Positions 1 to 9,877 of a stretch of 64,000 bases of DNA are shown one piece after another. The stretch lies in assembly GCA_036271575.1 (NCBI GenBank), contig DATBAJ010000071.1, forward strand, positions 65 through 64,064, given 5' to 3'. Position numbers and translations under genes: made by a program. Source of the DNA: Gammaproteobacteria bacterium. GTDB lineage: Bacteria > Pseudomonadota > Gammaproteobacteria > Natronospirales > REEB76. Positions within the stretch are counted from its first letter, which is position 1; every line of letters starts with the position of its first letter. The notes beneath the pieces were generated by a model. It ran no database searches, was not told the origin of the DNA, and worked only from the letters and a program-made list of their open reading frames with translations.

Positions 1-684
1 CTGGCACTGGCGGAAGACTATGCCGGCAGACGCAAGGCCTACGGCAAGCTCCTGATCGAGCAGCCCCTGCACCAGGAGACCCTGGCCGAACTCAACGCAG
101 AATACCTGGGGGCCCTGCACCTGGTGTTGCATCTCGGCGTGTTGCTGGGCAAGACCGAGACGGGCAAGGCTTCTGCGTCGGATCAGATGTTGCTCCGCCT
201 GCTCACGCCCATCGCCAAGCTCTACACTGCTAAACAGTCCATCGCTGTCTCCAGCGAGGTGCTCGAATGCTTCGGCGGAGCAGGGTACATCGAGGACACA
301 GGGCTGCCGCGGCTGTTGCGGGATTGCCAGGTGTTGTCCATCTGGGAAGGAACCACCAACGTGCTGTCGCTGGATGTGCTGCGGGTCCTGGAGAACCCGG
401 AAGCGCTGGATGCCTATGCCGCCGATGTAGGGAGTCGCGCCGGCAAGATGCAGGACGAAGCCCTGGCGCCCTATCGGGTCCAGATCACTCGCGGCCTGGA
501 GGCGGTGCGCGACTGGCTGCGGACGACCGCAGCAGATCGCGATGCCCTGGAACGGGGTGGGCGTCGTCTCGCGTTCAGCCTGGCGCGCATCTACGTCGCA
601 TCGTTACTGGGCGAAGCGGCCATGGAGGGCTGGGTCGAAGTGCCGGACCTCAGGCATTGGTGCCGCGCGCTGCCGCAGGTCTGA
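1..684 (+). CDS. Acyl-CoA dehydrogenase family protein (AidB-like), 3' part; gene starts upstream of the window
   Basis: Frame 1 is open from nt 1, with no stop before the GTG at 124 used in the ORF track. The translation ..LALAEDYAGRRKAYGKLLIEQPLHQ..LLRDCQVLSIWEGTTNVLSLDVLRVL.. looks like the C-terminal helical domain of acyl-CoA dehydrogenase/AidB-type flavoproteins. Confidence 0.75.
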   Translation: MALAEDYAGRRKAYGKLLIEQPLHQETLAELNAEYLGALHLVLHLGVLLGKTETGKASASDQMLLRLLTPIAKLYTAKQSIAVSSEVLECFGGAGYIEDTGLPRLLRDCQVLSIWEGTTNVLSLDVLRVLENPEALDAYAADVGSRAGKMQDEALAPYRVQITRGLEAVRDWLRTTAADRDALERGGRRLAFSLARIYVASLLGEAAMEGWVEVPDLRHWCRALPQV

Positions 685-716
685 ATCAGCATGGACAGGC
701 GGCGATGATGTAGATG

Positions 717-747
717 CGACTAGGCCCGGTCATGCCGGGCCTAGTCG
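717..747. terminator. Perfect 13-bp stem / 5-nt loop hairpin between convergent genes
   Basis: CGACTAGGCCCGG-tcatg-CCGGGCCTAGTCG. It lies between the stop of the acyl-CoA dehydrogenase gene (684) and the stop of the minus-strand Big_2 gene (769). No strong U-tract follows. Confidence 0.5.
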
Positions 748-768
748 TGGGTCTCCCCAAAGTCGCGG

Positions 769-3039
769 TCAGAGTGGATCGCTGAACGAGTAGATCACCG
801 ACTCCCGCTCGCCGTTCACGCCGATCACGTTGAGATTGAGGCTCGCTTGTTTCACCGGGTTGCTGGAGCAACTGGTGGCGAACGTGACGTCGGCCGAGGT
901 GGCGGTGATCCCCAGTATCGGCCCATCGGACTGGCATGAATTGGTCGTGTTCTGGGTCTGGTCGCCATCCCACACTGTCGCACTCAGCTTCACCTCGGCG
1001 ATGGCGAAGGTGGTAGGCAGCGTCCATTCCACATGTAGCGGGGTACCCGGGTGGGCGTCGGTCGTGACGGTGGTGCCGGTCAGGTTGGTGATGGAGATGG
1101 ACTCCGTGGTGAAGGCGTTGGTATGCACCGTGTAGTTCTTCGGTGACCCCGTGGCGGGCGTCATGGTGACGGTCATGGGGGTGCCCGCGGGTACCAAGTC
1201 CGCCAGCACGCCGCTGTTGGCGAAGAACTCATCCAGGTCCACTTCCACCGTCGTGCCCGGCACAGCGGGATTGGGCGTGTAGGTATCTACCTCGGTGCCA
1301 TCTTTTGTGAGTGCGGTGTCAGTGAAGATGCCCAGAGCCCCGTCATCGATGGTGATGCTGGTGTAGGCGCCCTTGATCGGCCGGATGTCCACGTTGATGT
1401 CGGGTCCACTATCGCCGGTAATGAAGCCCTGGCTGGTGCGAACCTCCGATTGGACGCCCAGCTTGGCGGGCAGTTGGTCGCCGTAGAACAGCCAGCTGCC
1501 GTCGCTCTGCTGTTTGAAGAAGAACTCTGCAATCTGGGTCTGGGTCTGGTCGCCCTGGATCGCCGATGCCGTGAAGCTGACGTCAGCCAGGCCATTGGTG
1601 GTATCCAAAGATGTGATGTCCAGTATCTGGAACGAAAGCGTGAGGCCACGGAACTGATCGGCGGTAGAGTCCGCGAACAGGGCCTTGTTCAGGCCTTCGT
1701 TCAACAGTTTCGCATCGAGGTAGGGATTGAGGTCCGAGGCCTTGAGGGCAGAGCCTTTGGCATTGACTGTGCCGGTGAAAGCGCTGAGCGTAGTGGTGAT
1801 GTCGGTGAGCGCCGTCTGCATCGCCGTGGTGGTGGCGACCACGGTGCCGGTCTCGCTGCTACTGGAACCACTCGGGCCGGTGGTGCTGGTATCCACGGTG
1901 ATGGTGCCGGTGCCGTAATCAACGGTGGAATCCTGGGTGGTCCCGGCGCCGTCCGTTATGGTGATGGTGCCGTTATCGGTATCCACCACGGTCTGGTCCA
2001 GTACCTGGTCCGCTCCGTCGCCGACGGCAAAGGCCGTGTTGATGGGGTTGTACGTCGTGGTATCCACGCCGGCCTGCTGCAGCCAGAGGGCCGTGACCTG
2101 TACCACCACGTTGCTGATGAGCTGTACCTGGTCTGGGGTCGGCGGTGGGTTGGTGGCCGGAGTGGTGAAGGCCGCGTCCACGCTGGCTCCCTGCACCTGG
2201 TACCAGGAGCGGATGATGAGATCGGTGAGCGGGTTCACATTGATGATGCTGGCCGTCTCTGCATCGGCGCTGACGCTGTAAAGAGCAGTGTCGCCCAGCT
2301 GCACCTTCACCATGAAGGGCGGCTTCAGGCCCGTGGTATCGAGCGTGTAGCTGCCGTCGCTGCCGGTGGTGGTCGCGAGGATCGCGCCCTTCTTGTCCAC
2401 CAGGGTGACGACGGCGCCGGCGATGGCGGCGCCATGTGCGGCCACGCCCGAGAGGGCGCTGGGAACAGGCACGGTGATCGCGACGGTGGCGGATCTGCCT
2501 CCGCCGGTCACGGTGATGGTGCTCTTGCCTGCATCCAGGGCCGAGGCGAGGCCGCTGGCGCGGATGTGCACGATGCCGGTCTGGCTGGACTTCCAGGTGA
2601 ACTTCACGCCGCTGATGGCATGGCCGCCGGTGTCCTTGGCTACCGCCACGAGCGTCTCGTCATCGCCGATCTTCAAGGTCTTGTTGGGCGTGGTGAGGGC
2701 GATGCTCGCCGCGGTGACGGTGATGACGGCGGTGGCGGACTTGCCGCCGCCGGCGACCCGCACTGTGCTGGTGCCGGGCTTCAAGCCCTTGATCACGCCC
2801 CTGGAGGTGATGGAGAGCACGCCGGTGCTGCTGGAGCTCCAGGTGAAGGTGACTTTCACCGTGTGCTTGGTGCTGTCTTTGGCGGCCGCCGTCAGGGTCT
2901 CCGAGGCGCCTGCATTAAGGCTCGTATGGGCTGCAGTGAGGGCGATGCTCGCGACGGTGGCGGCAGACGCCGGGCTTGCGAACAAGGCGCAGGCCATGAA
3001 GACGACCCACAGACTGCAAAGGATCTGTTTGCTGGACAT
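769..3039 (-). CDS. Large secreted protein with two Big_2-like Ig domains and a carboxypeptidase-regulatory-like domain; C-terminal ~450 aa unassigned
   Basis: 756-aa ORF. Signal peptide MSSKQILCSLWVVFMACALFASPASA. Two tandem ~85-aa repeats (..IALTAAHTSLNAGASETLTAAAKD..VITVTA / ..IALTTPNKTLKIGDDETLVAVAKD..VAITV) typical of bacterial Ig-like group 2 domains. The segment VVTLVDKKGAILATTTGSDGSYTLD is CarboxypepD_reg-like. A Thr/Gly/Ser-rich linker follows. Confidence 0.7.
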   Translation of the reverse strand: MSSKQILCSLWVVFMACALFASPASAATVASIALTAAHTSLNAGASETLTAAAKDSTKHTVKVTFTWSSSSTGVLSITSRGVIKGLKPGTSTVRVAGGGKSATAVITVTAASIALTTPNKTLKIGDDETLVAVAKDTGGHAISGVKFTWKSSQTGIVHIRASGLASALDAGKSTITVTGGGRSATVAITVPVPSALSGVAAHGAAIAGAVVTLVDKKGAILATTTGSDGSYTLDTTGLKPPFMVKVQLGDTALYSVSADAETASIINVNPLTDLIIRSWYQVQGASVDAAFTTPATNPPPTPDQVQLISNVVVQVTALWLQQAGVDTTTYNPINTAFAVGDGADQVLDQTVVDTDNGTITITDGAGTTQDSTVDYGTGTITVDTSTTGPSGSSSSETGTVVATTTAMQTALTDITTTLSAFTGTVNAKGSALKASDLNPYLDAKLLNEGLNKALFADSTADQFRGLTLSFQILDITSLDTTNGLADVSFTASAIQGDQTQTQIAEFFFKQQSDGSWLFYGDQLPAKLGVQSEVRTSQGFITGDSGPDINVDIRPIKGAYTSITIDDGALGIFTDTALTKDGTEVDTYTPNPAVPGTTVEVDLDEFFANSGVLADLVPAGTPMTVTMTPATGSPKNYTVHTNAFTTESISITNLTGTTVTTDAHPGTPLHVEWTLPTTFAIAEVKLSATVWDGDQTQNTTNSCQSDGPILGITATSADVTFATSCSSNPVKQASLNLNVIGVNGERESVIYSFSDPL

Positions 3040-3267
3040 ACAAGAAACTCCCCGTGTCGACGATATGTGACACCCTTACTTTGTTAAGTATAGGTCGGAG
3101 CCATGACGGAAAATTAGTGTTTACGGTCTTTAAGACAGAGGCGCGACCCGCCGCCAGGCCCTTTGATTGCAGGGGGTCTTAAGGTTCAGTCCAGATTTGG
3201 ACGTCCTGATTCACTAACTGCCACGGGCGACAAGGAAATGCTGAGTCAGACCCGTTTCCCTGACGGA

Positions 3268-4026
3268 TCAGTGTGAGGTTTTCGCTGCCCGCTGCGGGAA
3301 GACGAGGATGCCGATGACGATCAGCACCACTAGCATCGCGGAGGCGGTATAGCGGCTCAGGTTCAGGCCGCCGTGATCAAGAGGTTTGTCCAGGAAGTCG
3401 CCCACCACCGCGCCCAGGGGACGGGTCAGGATGAATGCCGCCCAGAACAACAACACCCGGTTCACCTTGGTCCAGAAGTAGAGGGCGGCGATCATCAGCA
3501 GCAGGACGCCGAAGATGACGGCGCTGCGCAGGTAGCCTTCGCCGATCGTGTCCGCGGTCCAGTCACCCAGCGCCGTGCCGAGGGTCTGGGAGAACATGAT
3601 GGTCACCCAATAGAACATCTCGGCCTTGGGGGTGCTCACGGTATTGATGGAGACGGAGCCCAGGGTGCGGTGCCAGACGAACAACGATGCCAGCACCAGG
3701 GCCAGCAGCAGGGAGCTGCCGCCGGTATAGCCGATGCCCAGCGAACGGTCGGCGAAGTCCGCGAGGGTGGTGCCGACCGTGGTGGTGGCGATGATGGTGG
3801 CCCAATACAGGAACGGGTGGAAGCGCTTGGCCCGGATCTGCGCCACCACGAAGCCGATGAAGATCACGGCGAAGATGCCCGTTCCGATGAGATACCCCAG
3901 GTTCATGGACATGGTCACGGCATCGCCGCCGGTCTCGCCCAGGGTGGTGCAGAAGATCTTGATGATCCAGAACACCAGGGTGACTTCCGGGACCTTGCTG
4001 AAGGCTTCACGGGCGGCATCTTTCAT
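3268..4026 (-). CDS. Polytopic membrane protein (COG4705 / DUF347-repeat-like)
   Basis: 252-aa ORF with about 8 hydrophobic segments and a repeated ..TTLGETGGD.. / ..QTLGTALGDW.. / ..TRPLGAVVGDF.. motif pattern that I associate with DUF347 repeats. The family assignment is from memory. Confidence 0.55.
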   Translation of the reverse strand: MKDAAREAFSKVPEVTLVFWIIKIFCTTLGETGGDAVTMSMNLGYLIGTGIFAVIFIGFVVAQIRAKRFHPFLYWATIIATTTVGTTLADFADRSLGIGYTGGSSLLLALVLASLFVWHRTLGSVSINTVSTPKAEMFYWVTIMFSQTLGTALGDWTADTIGEGYLRSAVIFGVLLLMIAALYFWTKVNRVLLFWAAFILTRPLGAVVGDFLDKPLDHGGLNLSRYTASAMLVVLIVIGILVFPQRAAKTSH

Positions 4027-4143
4027 GCGATATCTTTTTTGCTGGGGTGGTATCAGGCAATTCTAGCCCGGGGCTGCTGCGCGTGCGCGGGAATGTGAGA
4101 ACATAGCGCCCCCGCGATATTCCGTGACATCGGCTCAAGTCTC

Positions 4144-5934
4144 ATGGCATCCGATCTGCTCGTCAGCGTCCAGTCCATCAGCAAGGCCTACGGCCTGCAG
4201 ACGCTTTTCGACGGCATCACCCTGAGCTTCCGCGAGGAGGAGAGGTTGGGGCTCATCGGCCCCAATGGCTCGGGCAAATCCACGCTGCTGAAGATACTGG
4301 CGGGCATCGAGACGCCGGACAGCGGCCAGGTAGCCATGGCGGGTTCCACGCATCTCGTGTATCTGCCCCAGGAGGACAGGTTCCCGGCCGGCGCCACCGT
4401 CGAGAGCGCGCTGCTCGAAGCCTTGCCGCCGTATCACAAGGACGAGGGCTTAAGCAGCATCCGCGACAGGCTGCGGGAGATGGACTTCGCGGATCTGAAT
4501 CAGAAAGTGGATACCCTGTCCGGCGGCTGGCGCAAGCGCCTGGCCGTGACCTGCGCGCTGATCCGCGAGCCGAACCTGCTGCTCATGGACGAACCCACCA
4601 ACCACCTGGACCTGGAAGGCATCCTCTGGCTGGAAGGCTTGCTCAGGCAGGCGCGGTTCGCCTTCGTGCTGGTGAGCCATGACCGGTATTTCCTGGAGAA
4701 CGCCACCAACCGGATAGTGGAGTTGAACCGGCGCTACCCCGACGGCTACCTGAGGGTGGAGGGCAACTACAGCGAGTTCCTGCAGCGGCGCCTCGCCGTG
4801 TTCGACCAGCAGGACCAGCAGGAACAGGTGCTCGCCAACAAGTTCCGCCGCGAACTGGAATGGCTGCGCCGCGGCCCCAAGGCCCGCACCACCAAGGCCC
4901 ACGCGCGTATCGACGCGGCTTACGAACTGAAGGACGAGCTGACGGCGACCCGTGGCCGCAATGCCCAGGGTGCCCGCGCCGGCATCGAGTTTGAAGGCAG
5001 CGAGCGCAAGACCCGCAAGCTGGTGGAGTTGGAGCAGGTGGCGGTGGAGCGCGGCGGCCGGCGCCTGTTCGCGGGCCTCGATCTCACCCTGGGTCCGGGG
5101 AGTTGCCTGGGCGTATTGGGCAGGAACGGCAGTGGCAAGAGCAGCCTCATGCAGTTGTTGACCGGCGCACTGAAACCGTCCCAGGGCTCCATCAACTGGG
5201 CAGACGAGCTCAAGATCGTGAGCTTCGATCAGAAACGTGAACAGCTGGACAAGAGCCTGCGCCTGAAGGAAGCGCTCTCGCCGACGGGCGACAGCGTGAT
5301 GTTTCAGGGTAAGCCCCTGCACGTGACCGCCTGGGCGAAACGTTTCCTCTTCCCCATCGAGAAGCTGGGCCTGCCAGTCTCGAAGCTTTCGGGCGGTGAA
5401 CAGGCACGGGTGCTGATCGCGCGGCTGATGTTACAACCGGCCGACCTGCTGTTACTGGATGAGCCCACCAACGACCTGGACATCGCGACCCTGGAGGTGC
5501 TGGAGGACAGCCTGTCCGAGTTCCCCGGGGCCTGCGTGCTCATCAGCCACGACCGCTACCTCATGGATCGCCTGAGCGACCGGCTGCTATACCTGGACGG
5601 CGAGGGCCATGCCGAATATTTCGCCGACTACCCACAGTGGCTGCAAGTGCGCGCCCGGAGCACACCGGCGGCAGCGGCCGATGCGGCACCCGTGCAGAAG
5701 AAAGCCGCGGCCCCGCGTCTGAGTCGCGAGGAACGCAAGGAACTGGATGGCATCGAGAAGAAGGTCGGGAGAGCCGAGGCGGAGGTACAGCGCTTGCAGC
5801 AGCAGATGTCTGACCCGGCGGTCATGAGCGATGCAGCCCGGCTCAAGGCACTCTACGCCGAGGTGAAGGCGGCGGAAGCGAAGGTGGCGAGCATCTATGC
5901 CCGCTGGCAGGAACTGGAAGCGCTGGGCGGCTGA
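4144..5934 (+). CDS. ABC-F family ATPase (Uup-like, two ABC cassettes, no TM domain)
   Basis: 596 aa. Walker A motifs GPNGSGKST and GRNGSGKSS. ABC signatures LSGGWRKR and LSGGEQAR. A charged inter-domain linker and a C-terminal coiled-coil tail (..EAEVQRLQQQMSDP..) are typical of Uup/ABC-F proteins. Confidence 0.85.
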   Translation: MASDLLVSVQSISKAYGLQTLFDGITLSFREEERLGLIGPNGSGKSTLLKILAGIETPDSGQVAMAGSTHLVYLPQEDRFPAGATVESALLEALPPYHKDEGLSSIRDRLREMDFADLNQKVDTLSGGWRKRLAVTCALIREPNLLLMDEPTNHLDLEGILWLEGLLRQARFAFVLVSHDRYFLENATNRIVELNRRYPDGYLRVEGNYSEFLQRRLAVFDQQDQQEQVLANKFRRELEWLRRGPKARTTKAHARIDAAYELKDELTATRGRNAQGARAGIEFEGSERKTRKLVELEQVAVERGGRRLFAGLDLTLGPGSCLGVLGRNGSGKSSLMQLLTGALKPSQGSINWADELKIVSFDQKREQLDKSLRLKEALSPTGDSVMFQGKPLHVTAWAKRFLFPIEKLGLPVSKLSGGEQARVLIARLMLQPADLLLLDEPTNDLDIATLEVLEDSLSEFPGACVLISHDRYLMDRLSDRLLYLDGEGHAEYFADYPQWLQVRARSTPAAAADAAPVQKKAAAPRLSREERKELDGIEKKVGRAEAEVQRLQQQMSDPAVMSDAARLKALYAEVKAAEAKVASIYARWQELEALGG

Positions 5935-5956
5935 AGCCGGCGGTTATAATCCAGTC

Positions 5957-6769
5957 ATGCCATCCGATGCCGGTCTGATGCAGGGTCTGGACGCCGGGGA
6001 ACTGGCGGGCTTCGGACGCGACGGCTGGGCAGGGGTCTACCCGCTATTCGACGCCGCCCATGTGGATCGGCTCTGCAAGTTGCGGAATCGAGCGCTGGCT
6101 TATATCACGCCGCCGAATGACTTGGCGCAAGCGACGCGCCCTGAGGCGTTCGAGCAGCGCCCCTGGTTCAAGAGCATGCATGCCCTGGTGCCGGAGTATT
6201 ACGATGCGGCCTGCCATCCGGCCATCGTGCGCCGGGTCGCATCGGTCCTCGGTCCCGACGTGCTCGCTTGGGGCCTCACCCTCACGCGCTCCTTGCCGGG
6301 TGGTGTGCACCGCTGGCATGGGGACATCGAGCACCTGCGCTGGCCCGGCGTGAGTGTATATATAGGTCTGAAGAACAACGACCAGGATTCCACGCTCAAG
6401 GTGCTCACCGGGTCCCATCGGATGCCGGAGCGACCGCAGGCTTACGGGGTGGAGGACGACGCCGGCACCCTGGCAGCGGTGCGGCCCACGATGCCTGAGG
6501 CACAGATCGTACGGATACCGGTCAAGCCCGGCGGATTCTTCCTGTTCGACGGCCGGCTCTGGCATGGTTCCCACAACACCGGCCCCAATATCCGGCAGGC
6601 GATGATCATCCATTACTCGCGTCCCGACGCGAGGGCGCAGATACCCCTCAATTTCGACGAGCCTGTCCATTGGCACGAGTCGCGGCCTCCCTGCGTGCTG
6701 GTGTGCGGCGAGGACCGGTTTGGTACTAACCGATTAGTGGGCAGACCTCAGCCGTTTCCGCCGCCCTGA
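5957..6769 (+). CDS. Phytanoyl-CoA dioxygenase (PhyH) family Fe(II)/2-oxoglutarate oxygenase
   Basis: The ORF track opens at 5897 inside the ABC-F gene. The first in-frame ATG past that gene's stop is 5957 (MPSDAGLMQ..). HRWHGDIEH (HxD) and a distal WHGSHN match the 2-His-1-carboxylate facial triad arrangement of PhyH proteins. Confidence 0.7.
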   Translation: MPSDAGLMQGLDAGELAGFGRDGWAGVYPLFDAAHVDRLCKLRNRALAYITPPNDLAQATRPEAFEQRPWFKSMHALVPEYYDAACHPAIVRRVASVLGPDVLAWGLTLTRSLPGGVHRWHGDIEHLRWPGVSVYIGLKNNDQDSTLKVLTGSHRMPERPQAYGVEDDAGTLAAVRPTMPEAQIVRIPVKPGGFFLFDGRLWHGSHNTGPNIRQAMIIHYSRPDARAQIPLNFDEPVHWHESRPPCVLVCGEDRFGTNRLVGRPQPFPPP

Positions 6770-6870
6770 GCCGCGGGGCTATACTGGTCCGTTCGAGAGA
6801 TTCGGGGTCCGCCAACCATGCATCCCAGCGCCGCTACTCGCCGCACGCCGGCCAGACCGGAGCCAATGCA

Positions 6871-7182
6871 GTGAAATCCGGGTATGTCTATGCCTGGGAG
6901 TTCTTCGCGGCACCCGGCAAGATCGCCGAGTTCCAGCGCGTCTACGGACAGGATGGAGACTGGGTGAAGCTGTTTCGCCGCGCCGCGGGTTATATCCGCA
7001 GCGAGCTGTATCAGGACCAGGTCAACCCGCAACGCTTCTTCACGGTGGATCATTGGGAATCCGAGGCGGCCTGGCGCGCGTTTCGTGACAAGTTCCGCCA
7101 CGAGTATGAGGACCTGGACGTGATCTGCGAGCAGGTCACGGTCAAGGAGCGGGAGATCGGCAGGTTCAGCCCGGCCGATTAA
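6871..7182 (+). CDS. Small ABM (antibiotic biosynthesis monooxygenase)-like / dimeric alpha-beta barrel protein
   Basis: 103-aa ORF with a GTG start. ..FQRVYGQDGDWVKLF..YIRSELYQD..RFFTVDHWESEAAWRAF.. resembles ABM-fold proteins. The assignment is weak. Confidence 0.45.
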   Translation: MKSGYVYAWEFFAAPGKIAEFQRVYGQDGDWVKLFRRAAGYIRSELYQDQVNPQRFFTVDHWESEAAWRAFRDKFRHEYEDLDVICEQVTVKEREIGRFSPAD

Positions 7183-7257
7183 AGGCTCATCCAAGCATTG
7201 AAACCGGCCGGATAGTCCCTATCATCGTGAGTAGGGACAGGCTTTTAGGGGTAAGAC

Positions 7258-7686
7258 ATGGATCATTTCGTGCCTTTGGCATTCCTGGCGGCGGGTCTTA
7301 TCCTCATCGTGCTGGAGATGGCCAGCCTTACCCTCTATCTGGGCGCGCTCGGCGTGGCTGCGCTACTCACCGCCGTCATCACCTGGTTTTATCCGCTGGA
7401 GAACTGGCAGGCGGCGCTGGTGTTCGCCGTCGCGTCCGCGATCATGTTGCCGCTGGCCCATCTGTTGCGGCAGCGCATGCAGGCCGGCAAAGACCATGTG
7501 CTCGTGGACACGGACAAGGGCAGCCGCGTGACCGTCGCCGAGACCGGGGAACGCGGCGTGCGCGTCCGCTACCGCGATTCCCTGTGGGAAGCGGCGTGGG
7601 AGGGCGCAGGCTCACCGCAGGTGGGTCAGACCGCCGAGATCGTGGCCCGCGATGGCGCGCGCCTGCGCATCCGCCCCGTGAATTGA
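7258..7686 (+). CDS. NfeD family membrane protein
   Basis: 142 aa. Three N-terminal hydrophobic helices precede a soluble OB-like C-terminus (..VTVAETGERGVRVRYRDSLWEA..AEIVARDGARLRIRP). It sits immediately upstream of an SPFH gene, which is the canonical NfeD-SPFH pairing. Confidence 0.7.
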   Translation: MDHFVPLAFLAAGLILIVLEMASLTLYLGALGVAALLTAVITWFYPLENWQAALVFAVASAIMLPLAHLLRQRMQAGKDHVLVDTDKGSRVTVAETGERGVRVRYRDSLWEAAWEGAGSPQVGQTAEIVARDGARLRIRPVN

Positions 7687-7715
7687 ATTCGAACTAAAAC
7701 CGCAAGGAGCGTTCC

Positions 7716-8645
7716 ATGCCCATCTCTTCCGTCATAGGCCTGCTGATACTGATCTTCGCCTTCGTCACCATGATGCGTGCGGTGCGCATCGTGCCTCAGC
7801 AGCAGTCCTGGGTCGTCGAGCGCCTCGGGCGCTACCACGCGACGCTGGTGTCCGGCATCCAGATCATCGTGCCGTTCGCCGATCGCGTCGCCTACAAGTT
7901 CGACATGCGTGAGATCCCCATGGACGTGCCGGAGCAGGTCTGCATCACCAAGGACAACACGCGCCTGTCGGTGGACGGGGTGCTCTATTACCAGATCACC
8001 AACGCCCAGAATGCGGCCTACGGCACCAACGACGTGATCACGGCGGTGGTGCAGCTGGTGCAGACCACCATGCGCGCCGAGGTGGGCAAGCTGGCGCTGG
8101 ATGAGTGCCTGTCGCAGCGCGAAACGCTCAACAAGGGCGTGGTGGACGTGCTTACGGAAGCCGCCATCGGCTGGGGCGTGAAGGTGCTGCGCTATGAGAT
8201 CCGCAACCTGACTCCGCCGGACGAGATCCAGCGCGCCATGGAGCTGCAGCTCACCGCCGAGCGCCAGAAGCGCGCCTCCATCGCCAAGTCCGAAGGCGAC
8301 CGCCAACAGGCCATCAACCAGTCGGAAGGCCAGAAGCAGAGCCTCATCAACAACGCGGATGGCGAGAAGCAATCCGCCATCCTGCGCGCCGATGGCCAGG
8401 CCCAAGCCATCGCCACGGTCGCCAACGCCACCGCCAAGGCCATCCAGACCATCGGCATGGCCGCCGCCGGCCAGGGTGGCAGCGACGCCTTGCACTACCA
8501 GCTCGCCCAGCAGTGGGTAGAACAGTGGGGCGAGATCGCCAAGACCTCCACCGTGACGGTGGTGCCGGCCAACATGGGTGACCTGTCTGCGATGGTGGGC
8601 ACACTCATGTCCCAGGCGGGCAACGCCAAGCCGGTCCCACGCTGA
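7716..8645 (+). CDS. SPFH / band 7 (stomatin-like, QmcA-type) protein
   Basis: 309 aa. N-terminal anchor, then VRIVPQQQSWVVERLGRYH..DGVLYYQI..AMELQLTAERQKRA.., typical of the stomatin/prohibitin fold. An AAGGAG RBS lies 6 nt upstream of the ATG. Confidence 0.85.
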   Translation: MPISSVIGLLILIFAFVTMMRAVRIVPQQQSWVVERLGRYHATLVSGIQIIVPFADRVAYKFDMREIPMDVPEQVCITKDNTRLSVDGVLYYQITNAQNAAYGTNDVITAVVQLVQTTMRAEVGKLALDECLSQRETLNKGVVDVLTEAAIGWGVKVLRYEIRNLTPPDEIQRAMELQLTAERQKRASIAKSEGDRQQAINQSEGQKQSLINNADGEKQSAILRADGQAQAIATVANATAKAIQTIGMAAAGQGGSDALHYQLAQQWVEQWGEIAKTSTVTVVPANMGDLSAMVGTLMSQAGNAKPVPR

Positions 8646-8659
8646 CCTGAGGGGCGAGC

Positions 8660-9877
8660 GTGGTTCCGCGCACCGCCGCGGTGATCGGCGGCGGTCCCGC
8701 GGGACTCATGGCCGCCGAAGTGCTGGCTGGCGCCGGAGTGGCCGTGGATGTCTACGACGCCATGCCCTCGGTGGGCCGAAAGTTTCTGCAAGCGGGCATA
8801 GGCGGCCTCAACCTTACCCATTCGGAATCCCAAGGCGACTTCCTCGCGCGCTATGGCGCGGGGCACGATTTCGTGCGTCCCTGGTTGGAGGCGTTCAGCC
8901 CCGATGCGTTGCGGGAATGGGCTGCGGGCTTGGGTATCGAGACCCTGATCGGCAGTTCAGGACGGGTATTCCCCACGCAGATGAAGGCCGCACCGTTGTT
9001 GCGCGCCTGGTTGAGACGACTCAAGGATACGGGCGTGGGCTTCCATGTGCGGCATCGCTGGACAGGGTGGGACGCCGATCAGCCCATATTCGCCACGCCT
9101 GCAGGACTGACGCGTGCGAGACCCGGTGCAGTGGTACTGGCATTGGGCGGCGGCAGTTGGGCGCACCTGGGATCGGACGGTGCCTGGGTACCCCTGCTGC
9201 AAGCACGTGGCGTCACCGTCGAGCCGTTAAGGCCAGCCAACAGCGGCTTCGATATCCGATGGAGCGAGCACTTCCGCGGACGTTTCGCCGGCCAGCCGGT
9301 GAAACCGGTCACCGCCTGGCTCGAAGACGGTGTCCCAAAACAGGGCGAGTTCGTGGTCACGGATCATGGCATCGAAGGTGGCCTGGTCTATAGCCTGTCG
9401 GCGGCGTTGCGCGACCGCATCGAGGACCGCGGTCACGCGGTCCTGCACCTTGATCTCGCACCGAACCGGGATCTGCCACGGCTGGTGCAGGACCTATGCA
9501 AGCCCCGTGGCGGCCAATCCCTGGCGAACCATCTGCGCAAACAAGCAGGCATCGACGGCGTGAAGGCAGGGCTGCTGCGCGAAGTGCTGGGCAAGGATCT
9601 GCCGGCGGACGTGGCGGCGGTCGCAGAAGCCATCAAGGATCTGTCTTTGCGGCTCACGGCGGCGCGGCCTCTGGATGAGGCCATCAGCAGTGCCGGTGGT
9701 GTTGCAGCCGAAGCTCTGGATCAGCGCCTGATGCTCAAGCAGTTGCCGGGTGTGTTCTGCGCCGGCGAGATGCTGGACTGCGAAGCGCCTACCGGCGGTT
9801 ACCTGCTCACGGCCTGTTTTGCCAGCGGCCGCGTGGCGGGCGCAGGTGCCGCCGACTGGCTCGGAGAAGACGCGTGA
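8660..9877 (+). CDS. NAD(P)/FAD-dependent flavoprotein (HI0933/BaiN-like; TIGR03862-type)
   Basis: 405 aa with a GTG start. Dinucleotide-binding motif [14 protein letters not shown], then ..[16 protein letters not shown].. and a C-terminal ..[18 protein letters not shown].. characteristic of this flavoprotein family. Confidence 0.75.
   Translation: MVPRTAAVIGGGPAGLMAAEVLAGAGVAVDVYDAMPSVGRKFLQAGIGGLNLTHSESQGDFLARYGAGHDFVRPWLEAFSPDALREWAAGLGIETLIGSSGRVFPTQMKAAPLLRAWLRRLKDTGVGFHVRHRWTGWDADQPIFATPAGLTRARPGAVVLALGGGSWAHLGSDGAWVPLLQARGVTVEPLRPANSGFDIRWSEHFRGRFAGQPVKPVTAWLEDGVPKQGEFVVTDHGIEGGLVYSLSAALRDRIEDRGHAVLHLDLAPNRDLPRLVQDLCKPRGGQSLANHLRKQAGIDGVKAGLLREVLGKDLPADVAAVAEAIKDLSLRLTAARPLDEAISSAGGVAAEALDQRLMLKQLPGVFCAGEMLDCEAPTGGYLLTACFASGRVAGAGAADWLGEDA

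Noticed and set aside
1450-3087. 545-aa plus-strand ORF antisense to the Big_2 protein gene. Other long shadow ORFs were also seen: 18691-19764, 40908-42089, 12327-13016 and 7626-8495.
   Set aside because: All are embedded in or antisense to better-supported genes. They have Gly/Arg/Ala/His-rich composition and lack motifs. I treat them as shadow ORFs of a GC-rich genome.
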